Below, in pieces: positions 19,971 to 29,478 of a stretch of 64,000 nucleotides of DNA. Numbering within the stretch: the first letter of the stretch is position 1; each line of letters starts with the position of its first letter. The notes below the pieces were generated by a model. It saw only the letters and a program-made list of their open reading frames with translations, made no database searches and had not been told where the DNA came from. The translations under genes were made by a program, and so were the position numbers. Source of the DNA: an uncultured virus (IMG/VR IMGVR_UViG_3300003860_000003) (Duplodnaviria > Heunggongvirae > Uroviricota > Caudoviricetes); IMG/VR virus record IMGVR_UViG_3300003860_000003, positions 1 to 64,000 of that record, one strand, 5' to 3'.

Positions 19971-21284
19971 TTATATTATTGAAATTAAACTTCTTGATTC
20001 TACATTAAACATTCCGTAAGGTAAAAATTTGTTTATTTGATCTTTATTAAGCCAAATATAATTATCAGGAATATCTATTTCATCATCTATCTCAATTAGC
20101 ATATTTCTAGTTTGTAAATGATAAAATCTTCCCCCTTCTTCTGACTGTTTTACATCATATAAAATTTGTGAATTTTTTGGATATATGAATCTATCAAAAA
20201 ATTCAAGTTGATCTTCATATCCTATATATTGTTTATAATTTGAATATGATACAGTTGGCGATAAATCAATAATATCTATATTACCTGGTAATACTTTTAC
20301 TTGAAATAAATAATGATTATCGCCTTTAAATTTTTTCATTATAAGTCCTATTAATCCTTCGTTTTCATCTTTAAACATAGGCTGGCACCAAGAAAATATT
20401 TCTCTGTTTTTTGTTTCAACTTTTATTCCTATTACTGTAAAAAACTTATCAGCTCTATAAAAATTATAAATTCTATTTTTAGCTATATGCCAATCTTTTA
20501 ATTGTGATAATGATACCTTTTCTATTTGTAATTCATATTTCATTTTTTGATCAATAAACCAACGTATTACTTCTTGATCAGCATATAATGGCATGCCAAA
20601 ATCATAATCAAGAGGAATAGTAGACAACACAGATCTTGCATCCATGTTTACAAAATTTTCTAAATGCAAAAGGTTTTTTATTTCTCCTAATGTTAACCAA
20701 AAGAAATTTTCTGGAATTACAAATTCATCATATATTTCTACAATCATATTACGATTTCTTTTTCTAAGAAATCTTCCACCTTGTTCTGATTGTAATTGGT
20801 CAATTAATATTTTTGATTTTTTATTTTCGGCAAAATACTCTAAATATAATGTAGATTTTCCCTTATGAACTTGTAAAAAATTACTTTTTGTTGCCTGCAC
20901 AGTTGGAGATAATTGTAAAAGATTTATATTGCCTGGTTCCATTTTAAGTTGCATTAAAAAATAACGCACGCCATTACGTACTTTAGTAATTATACCCAAT
21001 ATTCCTATTTCATGTTGATTGATAATAGGCTGATCCCAATCATGTTTATTTCCATAATTTGTATGAACTTTTATTCCCTCAATTTTGAAAAATTTTCCAG
21101 ATTCATGAACTATTTCTTTATTATTTATATTCCATTTTTTTATTTCTTTTAAATCAATTTCATGAACCTTAAAATAATTGTTCTCTCTTATATATTGATA
21201 AGAATTCATAAAAGAAATTAGACTTTGAAATTTATTTTCTGTTGTTAAAGAATTTTTAAATTCATAAAATGGAGTAGTTATCAT
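19971..21284 (-). CDS. NDP-hexose 2,3-dehydratase
   Basis: two-fold repeated domain: WDQPII..EIGILG, EPGN...QLSPTVQAT, QSEQGGRF and QSEEGGRF. Confidence 0.92.
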   Translation of the reverse strand: MITTPFYEFKNSLTTENKFQSLISFMNSYQYIRENNYFKVHEIDLKEIKKWNINNKEIVHESGKFFKIEGIKVHTNYGNKHDWDQPIINQHEIGILGIITKVRNGVRYFLMQLKMEPGNINLLQLSPTVQATKSNFLQVHKGKSTLYLEYFAENKKSKILIDQLQSEQGGRFLRKRNRNMIVEIYDEFVIPENFFWLTLGEIKNLLHLENFVNMDARSVLSTIPLDYDFGMPLYADQEVIRWFIDQKMKYELQIEKVSLSQLKDWHIAKNRIYNFYRADKFFTVIGIKVETKNREIFSWCQPMFKDENEGLIGLIMKKFKGDNHYLFQVKVLPGNIDIIDLSPTVSYSNYKQYIGYEDQLEFFDRFIYPKNSQILYDVKQSEEGGRFYHLQTRNMLIEIDDEIDIPDNYIWLNKDQINKFLPYGMFNVESRSLISII

Positions 21285-21964
21285 AGTATGTTATGTAATT
21301 TATCTAAATTCATAGTAACATTTTTAGGATGATTAAATTCATTACTATTATCAAGTTGACAGCCGGGATTAGTTTTAATAGCTAATTTAAAATATGTTTT
21401 TGGATTAGTTCCTACATTATAAACTCCAGTAGCTTCTTTTTTTATCAATTCTATTATTAAATTTGCAATAACATCAACATAATCAGAATTCGTTTTTATA
21501 TCATCCCATGCTTTTTTCCATGGAAATGGGCGAGGTTTAAATGTAGTTCTTAATAATAAATAATTCTTTCCTACTGCTTGAATATATCCATCAGCTAAAA
21601 GTTTTGTATATGTATACCAACTTTCAAAATGAACTGGAATATCATCTTCAGAATGAGAATTATTTGAATTAGCATAAACATAATCAGTACTAATTTGAAC
21701 CAATTTTTTATGAAAACTATTACAATAATTCATTAAATGAATAACACCAACATAATTAATATTCCAGTTCTTTTTTCTTTCATTTTCATATGTTTTTGTA
21801 TATCCTATACAATTTATAACAACATCATATGATCTAAGTTTTTCTAAATATGTAAATGGATAAGTAAAATCTATATCATCTTTTTTACGACTAATATAAT
21901 CCCATCCCGTTTGTTTAATTAGTTCTGTTGCTAATTTACCATCACCAAGTATTAAAATTTTCAT
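21281..21964 (-). CDS. RmlD-like NDP-4-keto-sugar reductase
   Basis: ILGDGKLA, ISTDYVY, YTYTK (YxxxK). Confidence 0.82.
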   Translation of the reverse strand: MKILILGDGKLATELIKQTGWDYISRKKDDIDFTYPFTYLEKLRSYDVVINCIGYTKTYENERKKNWNINYVGVIHLMNYCNSFHKKLVQISTDYVYANSNNSHSEDDIPVHFESWYTYTKLLADGYIQAVGKNYLLLRTTFKPRPFPWKKAWDDIKTNSDYVDVIANLIIELIKKEATGVYNVGTNPKTYFKLAIKTNPGCQLDNSNEFNHPKNVTMNLDKLHNIL

Positions 21965-23071
21965 TTAATTCCCATTTTTATGTAAATAATCTTTAAGCGT
22001 TTTACATATGTATTTTATTTCTTTTTTAGTTAAATCAGGAAAGGATGGAAGAATAAAGGCAGTTTCAAATAATTGTTTTGAAACTGAAAAATCAGGAAAA
22101 TGACTAAAATGACTATGATAATTCATTGGAGGAAACATAGGTCTTGTTTCTACATTACCTGTATAAAGAAAATATTTTAGTGCATCTGTTTTTTCTTTAT
22201 TGAAAGTTTTCATTCTTATTCCAAACATCCAATGAGAATGTTTACAAACTTCTGATGATTCTTGAAATTCAATTTCTTCCACATTTTCCAATTCTTCTTT
22301 ATATAAATTAAAAACATTATTTTTTAATTCAAGTATTTCATCTAATATTTCAAGTTGACCATATAAAAGACCAGCTTCAACGTTAGTCATTCTATAATTA
22401 TATCCTAAGCCAGAAAAAACAAAATTTCTTGATGTAACTCCTTGTGATTTTACTCTTTTAATTTCATTAGCAATTTCTTCATCATTTGTGCAAAATGCGC
22501 CGCCTTCTCCTGTTGTAATAGTTTTACCTCCAAAAAAAGATATAGCAGATGCTAATGCCTGTGAACCCGCTTTATAGTTTCCATAACTACCTAAAAACCC
22601 TTCACAATTATCTTCAACAATAATCATATTAGGACAATGAAATTTTATATAGGGAATATTTATGATATTGCCCATATTATGAACTGCTAAAAATGCAGCA
22701 TCTGGATGTTCCTTATGAGCTTTTATTAAATACTCATAATTAATATTCCACGTATTAATATCTGCTTCTACTGGAATTAATTCATAAATAGGATTAGTGA
22801 TAAACATATTCCAAGCTGCTACAAAAACATTTGAAGGAACAATAAGTTTTTTAATTTCAGGATATTTAAACTCAAGAGCCTTTGCAACCAAATGTACTGC
22901 AGAAGTGCCATGATCGGTTGTTAATACATATTTACATTGAGAAATTTCACTTAATTTTTCTTCAACCATTTGTATGTATTTTCCGTAACATGAAATCCAT
23001 GTTGAATCAAGAGCTTCATGCGCATATTTTAGAACTCTCTTTGGTAAATAAGGTCTGTATGATGGTATCAT
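21965..23071 (-). CDS. DegT/DnrJ/EryC1/StrS aminotransferase (perosamine-synthase-like)
   Basis: GTSAVHL, EDNCE, SFFGGKTITTGEGG, GYNYRMTN. Confidence 0.93.
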   Translation of the reverse strand: MIPSYRPYLPKRVLKYAHEALDSTWISCYGKYIQMVEEKLSEISQCKYVLTTDHGTSAVHLVAKALEFKYPEIKKLIVPSNVFVAAWNMFITNPIYELIPVEADINTWNINYEYLIKAHKEHPDAAFLAVHNMGNIINIPYIKFHCPNMIIVEDNCEGFLGSYGNYKAGSQALASAISFFGGKTITTGEGGAFCTNDEEIANEIKRVKSQGVTSRNFVFSGLGYNYRMTNVEAGLLYGQLEILDEILELKNNVFNLYKEELENVEEIEFQESSEVCKHSHWMFGIRMKTFNKEKTDALKYFLYTGNVETRPMFPPMNYHSHFSHFPDFSVSKQLFETAFILPSFPDLTKKEIKYICKTLKDYLHKNGN

Positions 23072-23072
23072 T

Positions 23073-23375
23073 TTAATAAGTTTTATGAGGGTTTTGTGTA
23101 TATTTTAAAAAATCGTCTCCGCTTAATCCTGTATTAATCATATCAATTAATTTTTCATCAATTTCATGTATCAATGAACTTCTTTGATAATTAAGATCTG
23201 TGGTTTTTTTGAGCATTTCCCACATTTCTTTTGCACCTTCTTCTGATTTAAAATATTTTTCTTTATATTCTTCAAAAGTCATTCTTCTTATTTCATATAA
23301 AATTTCTTGACTATTCCATAATTTTAAATCAACTGTAGTTAATTTATCTATAAGTGATCCTACTGTATCTGCCAT
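23073..23375 (-). CDS. DUF4254-like small protein
   Basis: TVGSLIDKL...LKLW, QRSSL..EID, C-terminal KTY. Confidence 0.55.
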   Translation of the reverse strand: MADTVGSLIDKLTTVDLKLWNSQEILYEIRRMTFEEYKEKYFKSEEGAKEMWEMLKKTTDLNYQRSSLIHEIDEKLIDMINTGLSGDDFLKYTQNPHKTY

Positions 23376-23376
23376 A

Positions 23377-23823
23377 TTATAATGTTTTAAATCCTATAAA
23401 TGTATTTTCATCAAAATCAGATAATACATATCCTAATTTATTATAAAGAGAAATTGCTTTATAGTTTTTTCTATAAACTCTTAGTCTTATTTTTTTAGCA
23501 TTTCTATCAACACAAATTTGATGTAGGTGATTCATCAATGTTTCTGATAATTTTTTTCCTTGATAATTAATATCTATCATTATTCCTAAGCTTGGAATAT
23601 CATATCCTTCGCTCCATCCTCTAAGTAAACCATATCCAGCAATATTATTATCATCCATTAAAAATACAAAATAATCTTTTGGTTTAGAAGCTATTTCTTT
23701 TAATAATGCATCATAAGAATATTCATGCGGACTAAAAAATGCATACGCGTATTTATTATCTATAAAAAATTTTTCTATAGAAGATTTTAAAAATTCTATG
23801 TTAGATAATTGAATAAATTTCAT
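23377..23823 (-). CDS. GNAT N-acetyltransferase
   Basis: YQGKKLS, L.V...N.KAISLYNKLGY. Confidence 0.88.
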   Translation of the reverse strand: MKFIQLSNIEFLKSSIEKFFIDNKYAYAFFSPHEYSYDALLKEIASKPKDYFVFLMDDNNIAGYGLLRGWSEGYDIPSLGIMIDINYQGKKLSETLMNHLHQICVDRNAKKIRLRVYRKNYKAISLYNKLGYVLSDFDENTFIGFKTL

Positions 23824-24440
23824 TTTTTAATATAAAAATCATTTACTGCTAATCTTCTATCTTTTTTATATCCAAACATATCTAAATAAATTTCTATATC
23901 TGGGTCATTATAATTATTTTCAATTATTAATAATTTAGGAATCCATTTTTCAATAGAAAATCCTTTTAGTACATCTAATTCTGTTCCTTCTGTATCAATA
24001 CTTATAAAATCTAGTGTATCATATTTATAAAAATGTTCAATACAATAGTCTAATGTTATAGCCTTAACGATTATAGGTATTATTGACATATTATATCCTA
24101 AATCTTTGTGTTGATTAAATAGTCTATCATCTATTTTTAAAGAACTTATAGCATCTTGATGAATATACGAGTCTTTAATATCTACTATATTAAAAATTAA
24201 ATCATCATTAACATTTGATATAGCGTAATTAATGCTATGTAATCTATTATTAATTAATTGTTTAAAATAATGAGGATTTGGTTCAACACATAAACTATAC
24301 CATCCACTTTTTTCAAAATAATTAGTATTGCTATTACCTACGCCATCCATTGCGCCAACTTCTATACAACCACCAATATAATTTTTTTCAAAATATTCTT
24401 CTATTATTTTATCTTCTCCTGTTTGGCTATAATAATTCAT
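23820..24440 (-). CDS. FkbM-family methyltransferase
   Basis: YSQ.GED, IEVGAMDG..NSNT, VEPN, SIDTEGTE. Confidence 0.9.
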   Translation of the reverse strand: MNYYSQTGEDKIIEEYFEKNYIGGCIEVGAMDGVGNSNTNYFEKSGWYSLCVEPNPHYFKQLINNRLHSINYAISNVNDDLIFNIVDIKDSYIHQDAISSLKIDDRLFNQHKDLGYNMSIIPIIVKAITLDYCIEHFYKYDTLDFISIDTEGTELDVLKGFSIEKWIPKLLIIENNYNDPDIEIYLDMFGYKKDRRLAVNDFYIKK

Positions 24441-25078
24441 CTCGCAGTGTTTAGTATATGAAGATATTCATCATAAGAAATTAATTGTAATGTTTTTTTT
24501 CGATTTTCATCAAATTCTTTCCAACCAAAATTATCAACATTAAATGGCAATGGATTATTTGGTAATAATTTTTGTTGTGTTAAAATTCCACATCCTCCAC
24601 AATCTTCATCAACTGTAAAACATGAATAATCTCTTAATTCATTTTTTAATCGTACATATGCACGATAAACTGTTCCATTCCATCTTCCTCCAGAATCTAC
24701 ACCGTTAAGAAAATCTTTATATGGTATTGTATTTTTTTCTTCTAATGGATTACAATCATGCATTACAATAAATCCATTTTTATTAAGATGTTTTAATGCA
24801 TTTTTAACATCTCTATAGCATTGATGTTCTTCATGTAATGCATCTATAAAAATAACATCATATTTTTGATTTCCTACATGTTTTTCAAAAAAACAATCGC
24901 TATCCACATAATATGTATACCAAGTGGAAGCTCCAAGAAGATTATCAACTGAATGCTTTAATTTTGCATTAATTTTATTAAAATTATTTTCTGGATAATA
25001 CACTCCTATTTCAAGATAAGATTCAAAATCAAAATTATCAAAAATAGAATTTATTATATCTGTTCTGCTACCTTCCAT
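24437..25078 (-). CDS. SAM-dependent methyltransferase (Methyltransf_24-like)
   Basis: YLEIGV, DVIFIDALH, HDCNP, WNGTVY. Confidence 0.82.
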   Translation of the reverse strand: MEGSRTDIINSIFDNFDFESYLEIGVYYPENNFNKINAKLKHSVDNLLGASTWYTYYVDSDCFFEKHVGNQKYDVIFIDALHEEHQCYRDVKNALKHLNKNGFIVMHDCNPLEEKNTIPYKDFLNGVDSGGRWNGTVYRAYVRLKNELRDYSCFTVDEDCGGCGILTQQKLLPNNPLPFNVDNFGWKEFDENRKKTLQLISYDEYLHILNTAR

Positions 25079-25080
25079 AT

Positions 25081-25818
25081 TTAAAATTTATCTATTACTT
25101 TCCAATTTAATCTCATTGCTGCTTGTTCTACTGGATTAGGTCTTGTGTATTTATGATAAATTAAATTGTTATGATTTATATTCATTAAATCTATAAAAGA
25201 TCTTAATCCAGTATTAATAATATGCACTTCTTTAGCTTTTTCAATAGTGTATAAAATATCTAACACGCTTACTTCAGGATATTTTGCTAATTCAATTACT
25301 CTATACATATCACTAACATACTTCCTATTTATACATATTCCATTATTTCTTTTTGGATCTTCATGTAAAAATAAATATTGTTGATTTTCTTTTAATCCAA
25401 ATATATCATAATATGCTTCTTTTTCTTTTTTGGGATCTCTTTCAAAGTAAAAATTATCCCATTTTAAATAAAATGGAACACCACCAAGAATATACCAAAA
25501 TCTATCTCCTATCATATTATCTCCTAATGTATATGGTAAATCTTGATTTTCAAACCATGGCTTAACTTGTTCATACCACCAACCGCTACTAATAATTTTA
25601 TCATATTCATTATCTGCAAATCGTTCAGTTGTTAAAACTACATTAGGAATACTTGAAAATAATCTTTTAATATTATCATTATGAGAAGAACTTACTAAAG
25701 TTCCTTGTGCGTTATCACTAATAGTTAATATTACTTCATCATATTGTTTTGAATATTCTTTAATAATTCCAAATGTTACAACATGATCTCCAAATTGCGT
25801 ATGTGTATATACTTTCAT
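25081..25818 (-). CDS. hypothetical glycan-related protein, paralog 2 of 3
   Basis: shares FGD, KWDNFYFERD, YTIE.AKEVH. Confidence 0.65.
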   Translation of the reverse strand: MKVYTHTQFGDHVVTFGIIKEYSKQYDEVILTISDNAQGTLVSSSHNDNIKRLFSSIPNVVLTTERFADNEYDKIISSGWWYEQVKPWFENQDLPYTLGDNMIGDRFWYILGGVPFYLKWDNFYFERDPKKEKEAYYDIFGLKENQQYLFLHEDPKRNNGICINRKYVSDMYRVIELAKYPEVSVLDILYTIEKAKEVHIINTGLRSFIDLMNINHNNLIYHKYTRPNPVEQAAMRLNWKVIDKF

Positions 25819-25821
25819 ATT

Positions 25822-26553
25822 TTATGTTATTAAATTCCAAGGTAATCTTAAATTTATACTATCAAATATTGATGGTCTTACATACATATGATAATATAAA
25901 GCAGGGTGCTGAATATTCATTAAATCAATAAATGTTAATGTACTTGTATTAAAAGTATGCACTTCTTTAGCATGTTCAATAGTATATAAAATATCTAATA
26001 TGCTAATATCTTGATAATTAAAAAAATCTATCCATTTAATATTTGCATTTAGATGTTTTTTATTAATATTATAATTTCTTACAGGATCTTCATGAAAAAA
26101 TAAAAATTCTTGATTATCTTTTAAGCCCAAGATATCATAAAAAACTTCTTTTTCTTTATTTAAATCTCTTTCAAAATAAAAATTATCCCATTTTAAATTA
26201 AATGGCAAACTAGCATTTAAATACCATTGTCTATCAAACCACCAATCATCTTTAAACCATTCTGGTGGAGGTAATGATGGATCTTGATACCATGGAAGAA
26301 CTTTATCAAACCAGTATTTAGTATGAGCTATTTTATGATCAGCAGCGTGAATTTCTTCTTTATAGACTTCATCTATTAATTCTACATTTTTCAGGCTAGA
26401 ATATAAACGAGTAATTGAATTAAATGTATTTTTATTCATTACATCAGAATACACTTTTACTTCATTATATCTTTTTGCAAATTCTTTAAGAATTCCATAA
26501 CAGATACACTGATCGCCAAATCCGTGATATGTATAAACTTTAATCTTTTCCAC
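25822..26553 (-). CDS. hypothetical glycan-related protein, paralog 3 of 3
   Basis: GTG start; shares HGFGD, KWDNFYFERD, YTIEHAKEVH. Confidence 0.65.
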   Translation of the reverse strand: MEKIKVYTYHGFGDQCICYGILKEFAKRYNEVKVYSDVMNKNTFNSITRLYSSLKNVELIDEVYKEEIHAADHKIAHTKYWFDKVLPWYQDPSLPPPEWFKDDWWFDRQWYLNASLPFNLKWDNFYFERDLNKEKEVFYDILGLKDNQEFLFFHEDPVRNYNINKKHLNANIKWIDFFNYQDISILDILYTIEHAKEVHTFNTSTLTFIDLMNIQHPALYYHMYVRPSIFDSINLRLPWNLIT

Positions 26554-26742
26554 TTAATCTGTTAAACTATTAACATATGCTTCACTATAAATTTCTTCTA
26601 TAATTTTTATTATATTTTCTTGTTCTTTTTTTGTTAAATTTGTATTACATAAAAAACGATCTAATTTAATTAAAAGATTTTCTGATAACGATAAATATAG
26701 AGTTGACTTCTCTATTACATCTACAAAGGGTTCTTTTGCCAT
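26554..26742 (-). CDS. hypothetical protein
   Basis: fills a gap in the co-oriented operon. Confidence 0.6.
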   Translation of the reverse strand: MAKEPFVDVIEKSTLYLSLSENLLIKLDRFLCNTNLTKKEQENIIKIIEEIYSEAYVNSLTD

Positions 26743-26755
26743 AATTATTTATATT

Positions 26756-27535
26756 TTAGTTTACAAAATCAAAATCTTCTATTGCTTCAGGCAACATATT
26801 TTCAAATACTTCACAATGATCCCAACACCAAGGCCAAATAGGATGTAAATTTTTAGATTCTATAGTCCAAGGTAGCCACACCTTATTATACCAATCATCT
26901 ACGTTAAAATCATTATTATGACTCCAAGTTTTTATTTTTTTATATACTTCTTCATTTGTTAATACATAAGATCCGTGATAGCATATTATATCAGGAATTG
27001 TTACACGATTTTTTGTATGAGTATCTCTAATGTAATCATATTTATCAACTCTGCGTAAATTAACAACTGTTTGATTTGTGCCGCCTATTCTATGCGGTTT
27101 TGATGGATCTATTAAAACATATTTAAATGATTTCCAAAATGCATAAAGATTTATATCAAATACATCATAATTTTCATATGTATGAACATAATCAATTATT
27201 TTATCAAAATCATTATGAAAATAAAATTCATCTGCATCATGAACCATTAAAAAATCATATCCATCTTTTTTAGCACGTTGAAGACAAGCATTTCTTTGAT
27301 CAGTATCACTCATCCAATCTCCTTCAATAATGGTTATTTTGTCCATATAAGGAGAATTTTTAATGATATTCAAATCAAATGAATTTGTATAAGTTTCTCT
27401 TGCTTGTGGATTATATCCCCATGGTAATTTACTATACATTACATAGATATTATCTACATGAGGATAGGCATTCTCAAGATTTCGCATGATCCATTTTTCT
27501 TGATCGAATGTCATTACATACGTTGCAAATGTCAT
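26756..27535 (-). CDS. GT2-like glycosyltransferase
   Basis: QRN..L, HDADEFY, H.SYV, KIKTWSH. Confidence 0.78.
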   Translation of the reverse strand: MTFATYVMTFDQEKWIMRNLENAYPHVDNIYVMYSKLPWGYNPQARETYTNSFDLNIIKNSPYMDKITIIEGDWMSDTDQRNACLQRAKKDGYDFLMVHDADEFYFHNDFDKIIDYVHTYENYDVFDINLYAFWKSFKYVLIDPSKPHRIGGTNQTVVNLRRVDKYDYIRDTHTKNRVTIPDIICYHGSYVLTNEEVYKKIKTWSHNNDFNVDDWYNKVWLPWTIESKNLHPIWPWCWDHCEVFENMLPEAIEDFDFVN

Positions 27536-27547
27536 AAAGTAAAGGTA

Positions 27548-27748
27548 TTAAACGGTTGGAGTTTCTTTTGGAACTATAATCCACATAACTACATAAGTTA
27601 CTATAAACGGAAATATTGTAAACATACTTCCAAATATAAAAATCAGTCTCCAAATAAGTGGATCTACTCCAAAAAATTTGCCGAGACCGCCACAAACACC
27701 ACCAATCCATTTGTTTGGTTTTAGTGTTCTTTTAAGTAATGTTGTCAT
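27548..27748 (-). CDS. PspC-domain membrane protein
   Basis: WIGGVCGGLGKFFGVDP..WRL.F...YVVMWIIVP is the PspC signature. Confidence 0.9.
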   Translation of the reverse strand: MTTLLKRTLKPNKWIGGVCGGLGKFFGVDPLIWRLIFIFGSMFTIFPFIVTYVVMWIIVPKETPTV

Positions 27749-27764
27749 TTTTTATTTTATTTAT

Positions 27765-27935
27765 TCACCATTTTGTTTTTATCCATTCTTTTTTATTATG
27801 ATCCCATCTATATAACCAATATCTTCCTGAAGGATCAATATCAGCGAATTCTGTAAATTCGCCTTCTAATATTACAGAAGCATCTTCAATTATAATTTTA
27901 GCTTCATTATGTTCTTCTTTAATCAAGTTTTTCAT
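27765..27935 (-). CDS. small hypothetical protein (56 aa, not in ORF track)
   Basis: manual translation MKNLIKEEHNEAKIIIEDASVILEGEFTEFADIDPSGRYWLYRWDHNKKEWIKTKW; fills an operon gap. Confidence 0.55.
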   Translation of the reverse strand: MKNLIKEEHNEAKIIIEDASVILEGEFTEFADIDPSGRYWLYRWDHNKKEWIKTKW

Positions 27936-28206
27936 ACGTTAAATTAAATATATCAGGTTTACATGGATAAATTTCATTATGAATTCCTTTAATAATATAA
28001 TCATTTTTTTCGCCACGCATTCTTCCTTCATCTGTCATAATTTCTATACTATTATTAAGAAAGAAAATTTTTCCTTTTTCATAATTTTCTTTTATCCAAT
28101 TAGGAAGTGCACTCCAATTATTTTTTGCGTTATATATAAGTTCTGTCACAGATTCTGCTTCTATTATTACTGGCAGTTTTCTATATTTACTCATAATCTG
28201 TTTCAT
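27919..28206 (-). CDS. conserved phage hypothetical protein
   Basis: YRKLPVIIEA...T.EG.M...DYIIKG...EIYPCKPDIF..TYE, a widespread phage family. Confidence 0.75.
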   Translation of the reverse strand: MKQIMSKYRKLPVIIEAESVTELIYNAKNNWSALPNWIKENYEKGKIFFLNNSIEIMTDEGRMRGEKNDYIIKGIHNEIYPCKPDIFNLTYEKLD

Positions 28207-28906
28207 TTATTCCTAATAAAAATACACTCTTGTTTTTTTCATAATTTTTATTTTCTCCTCGAATACTTGATGTAAGTATTTTTGAAGGAACTACTAACGG
28301 AGGGCTTGCGATAACAAAATTATAATTCATTTGTGTCATCATAGTCCAAGATCCTCTATCTGCAATCATTGGTGTTTCATCTTGAAGTTTAATATATCCT
28401 TCCATTGCCCTTCTATTTAATCCATATGCTAAAAAAGACCAACTTGCAAATCCTTTTGTCCATCTCGGTTTTAATCTAACATTTTGAGGTTCAAATTGAT
28501 ACATAAAAGAATAAAGCAAAATTCCATCTGTTCCTTCAGGAATAGTATCTAAATATTTAGGAAGTAATGTAGTAAAATCTTTATGAAATGCGCAATCATC
28601 TTCAAATACAAAAATACTTTCAGCACCATCTAATAAAGCAGATTTAATAACATTATAATGACTTAAGAAACATCCAAATTCATTAGGAAATTCTTCATTA
28701 AATCTTACATAATTTATATCCCTTCTGTTATAGATTTGTGCATAAGGTTTTACAAAATGATGTGCATGTCCTTGAATTACAGGCCTATAAAATTCAGCGT
28801 CTATATTATTTTTAATAAATTGTGCCAACATATATTTATACTTGTCATCTCTTTCTTTAAGACAAATACAAACTCGTTTATCATATCGTTCGTCTATTAA
28901 ACTCAT
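28187..28906 (-). CDS. glycosyltransferase family 25
   Basis: ICLKER.D, EFGCFLSH, VFEDD. Confidence 0.82.
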   Translation of the reverse strand: MSLIDERYDKRVCICLKERDDKYKYMLAQFIKNNIDAEFYRPVIQGHAHHFVKPYAQIYNRRDINYVRFNEEFPNEFGCFLSHYNVIKSALLDGAESIFVFEDDCAFHKDFTTLLPKYLDTIPEGTDGILLYSFMYQFEPQNVRLKPRWTKGFASWSFLAYGLNRRAMEGYIKLQDETPMIADRGSWTMMTQMNYNFVIASPPLVVPSKILTSSIRGENKNYEKNKSVFLLGINETDYE

Positions 28907-28922
28907 AATTTATATCTTATGA

Positions 28923-29204
28923 TTATTGTTCTAATGATAATATTTTACGCACAAAATCTTCTAACCAAAATCTATAGTCTCGTTTATAATGTATTCTTCC
29001 TTTTTTATAAAACGTGGCGTAATTTCCAGTTTCTTTTTTGAAATACTCACGTTGCCAAGTAGTTAAATACAATGGTGGATAATCACCGCCATATTCTTCA
29101 AGCCATTTAGCATATTCTTGAGTTAGGTTTCCACGATAATCCATTTTAGTTGGATATAATCCTGTGTCAAATTTATATTTAATCCTTAGATCTGTGTTCG
29201 TCAT
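28923..29204 (-). CDS. hypothetical protein with internal duplication
   Basis: KFDTG..EYAKWLE and KKETG..DYRFWLE halves. Confidence 0.6.
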   Translation of the reverse strand: MTNTDLRIKYKFDTGLYPTKMDYRGNLTQEYAKWLEEYGGDYPPLYLTTWQREYFKKETGNYATFYKKGRIHYKRDYRFWLEDFVRKILSLEQ

Positions 29205-29478
29205 AATTTTTCTGTGTTAATTCAATTTGTTCAAGTCTTTCAATTACTTCTTCTGGTAAATCAGGCTCTGTTGGGAAAATACATTCTATAGATGTAGGCT
29301 GATAATGTACAGGTAAAACTATACTTTTAATTATAGTATTTGTATTTTCCTGTAATTCATTATCAAATGATTCATCTAAAATTCTTTTAAAATCTGATAA
29401 ATGTTCTTGAATTTCTTGATAAGATAATTCATCATTTACACTTAAATAACATACTAAAATTATTAATTTCTTTTTCAT
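29179..29478 (-). CDS. hypothetical protein
   Basis: overlapping in-operon ORF. Confidence 0.65.
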   Translation of the reverse strand: MKKKLIILVCYLSVNDELSYQEIQEHLSDFKRILDESFDNELQENTNTIIKSIVLPVHYQPTSIECIFPTEPDLPEEVIERLEQIELTQKNYDEHRSKD

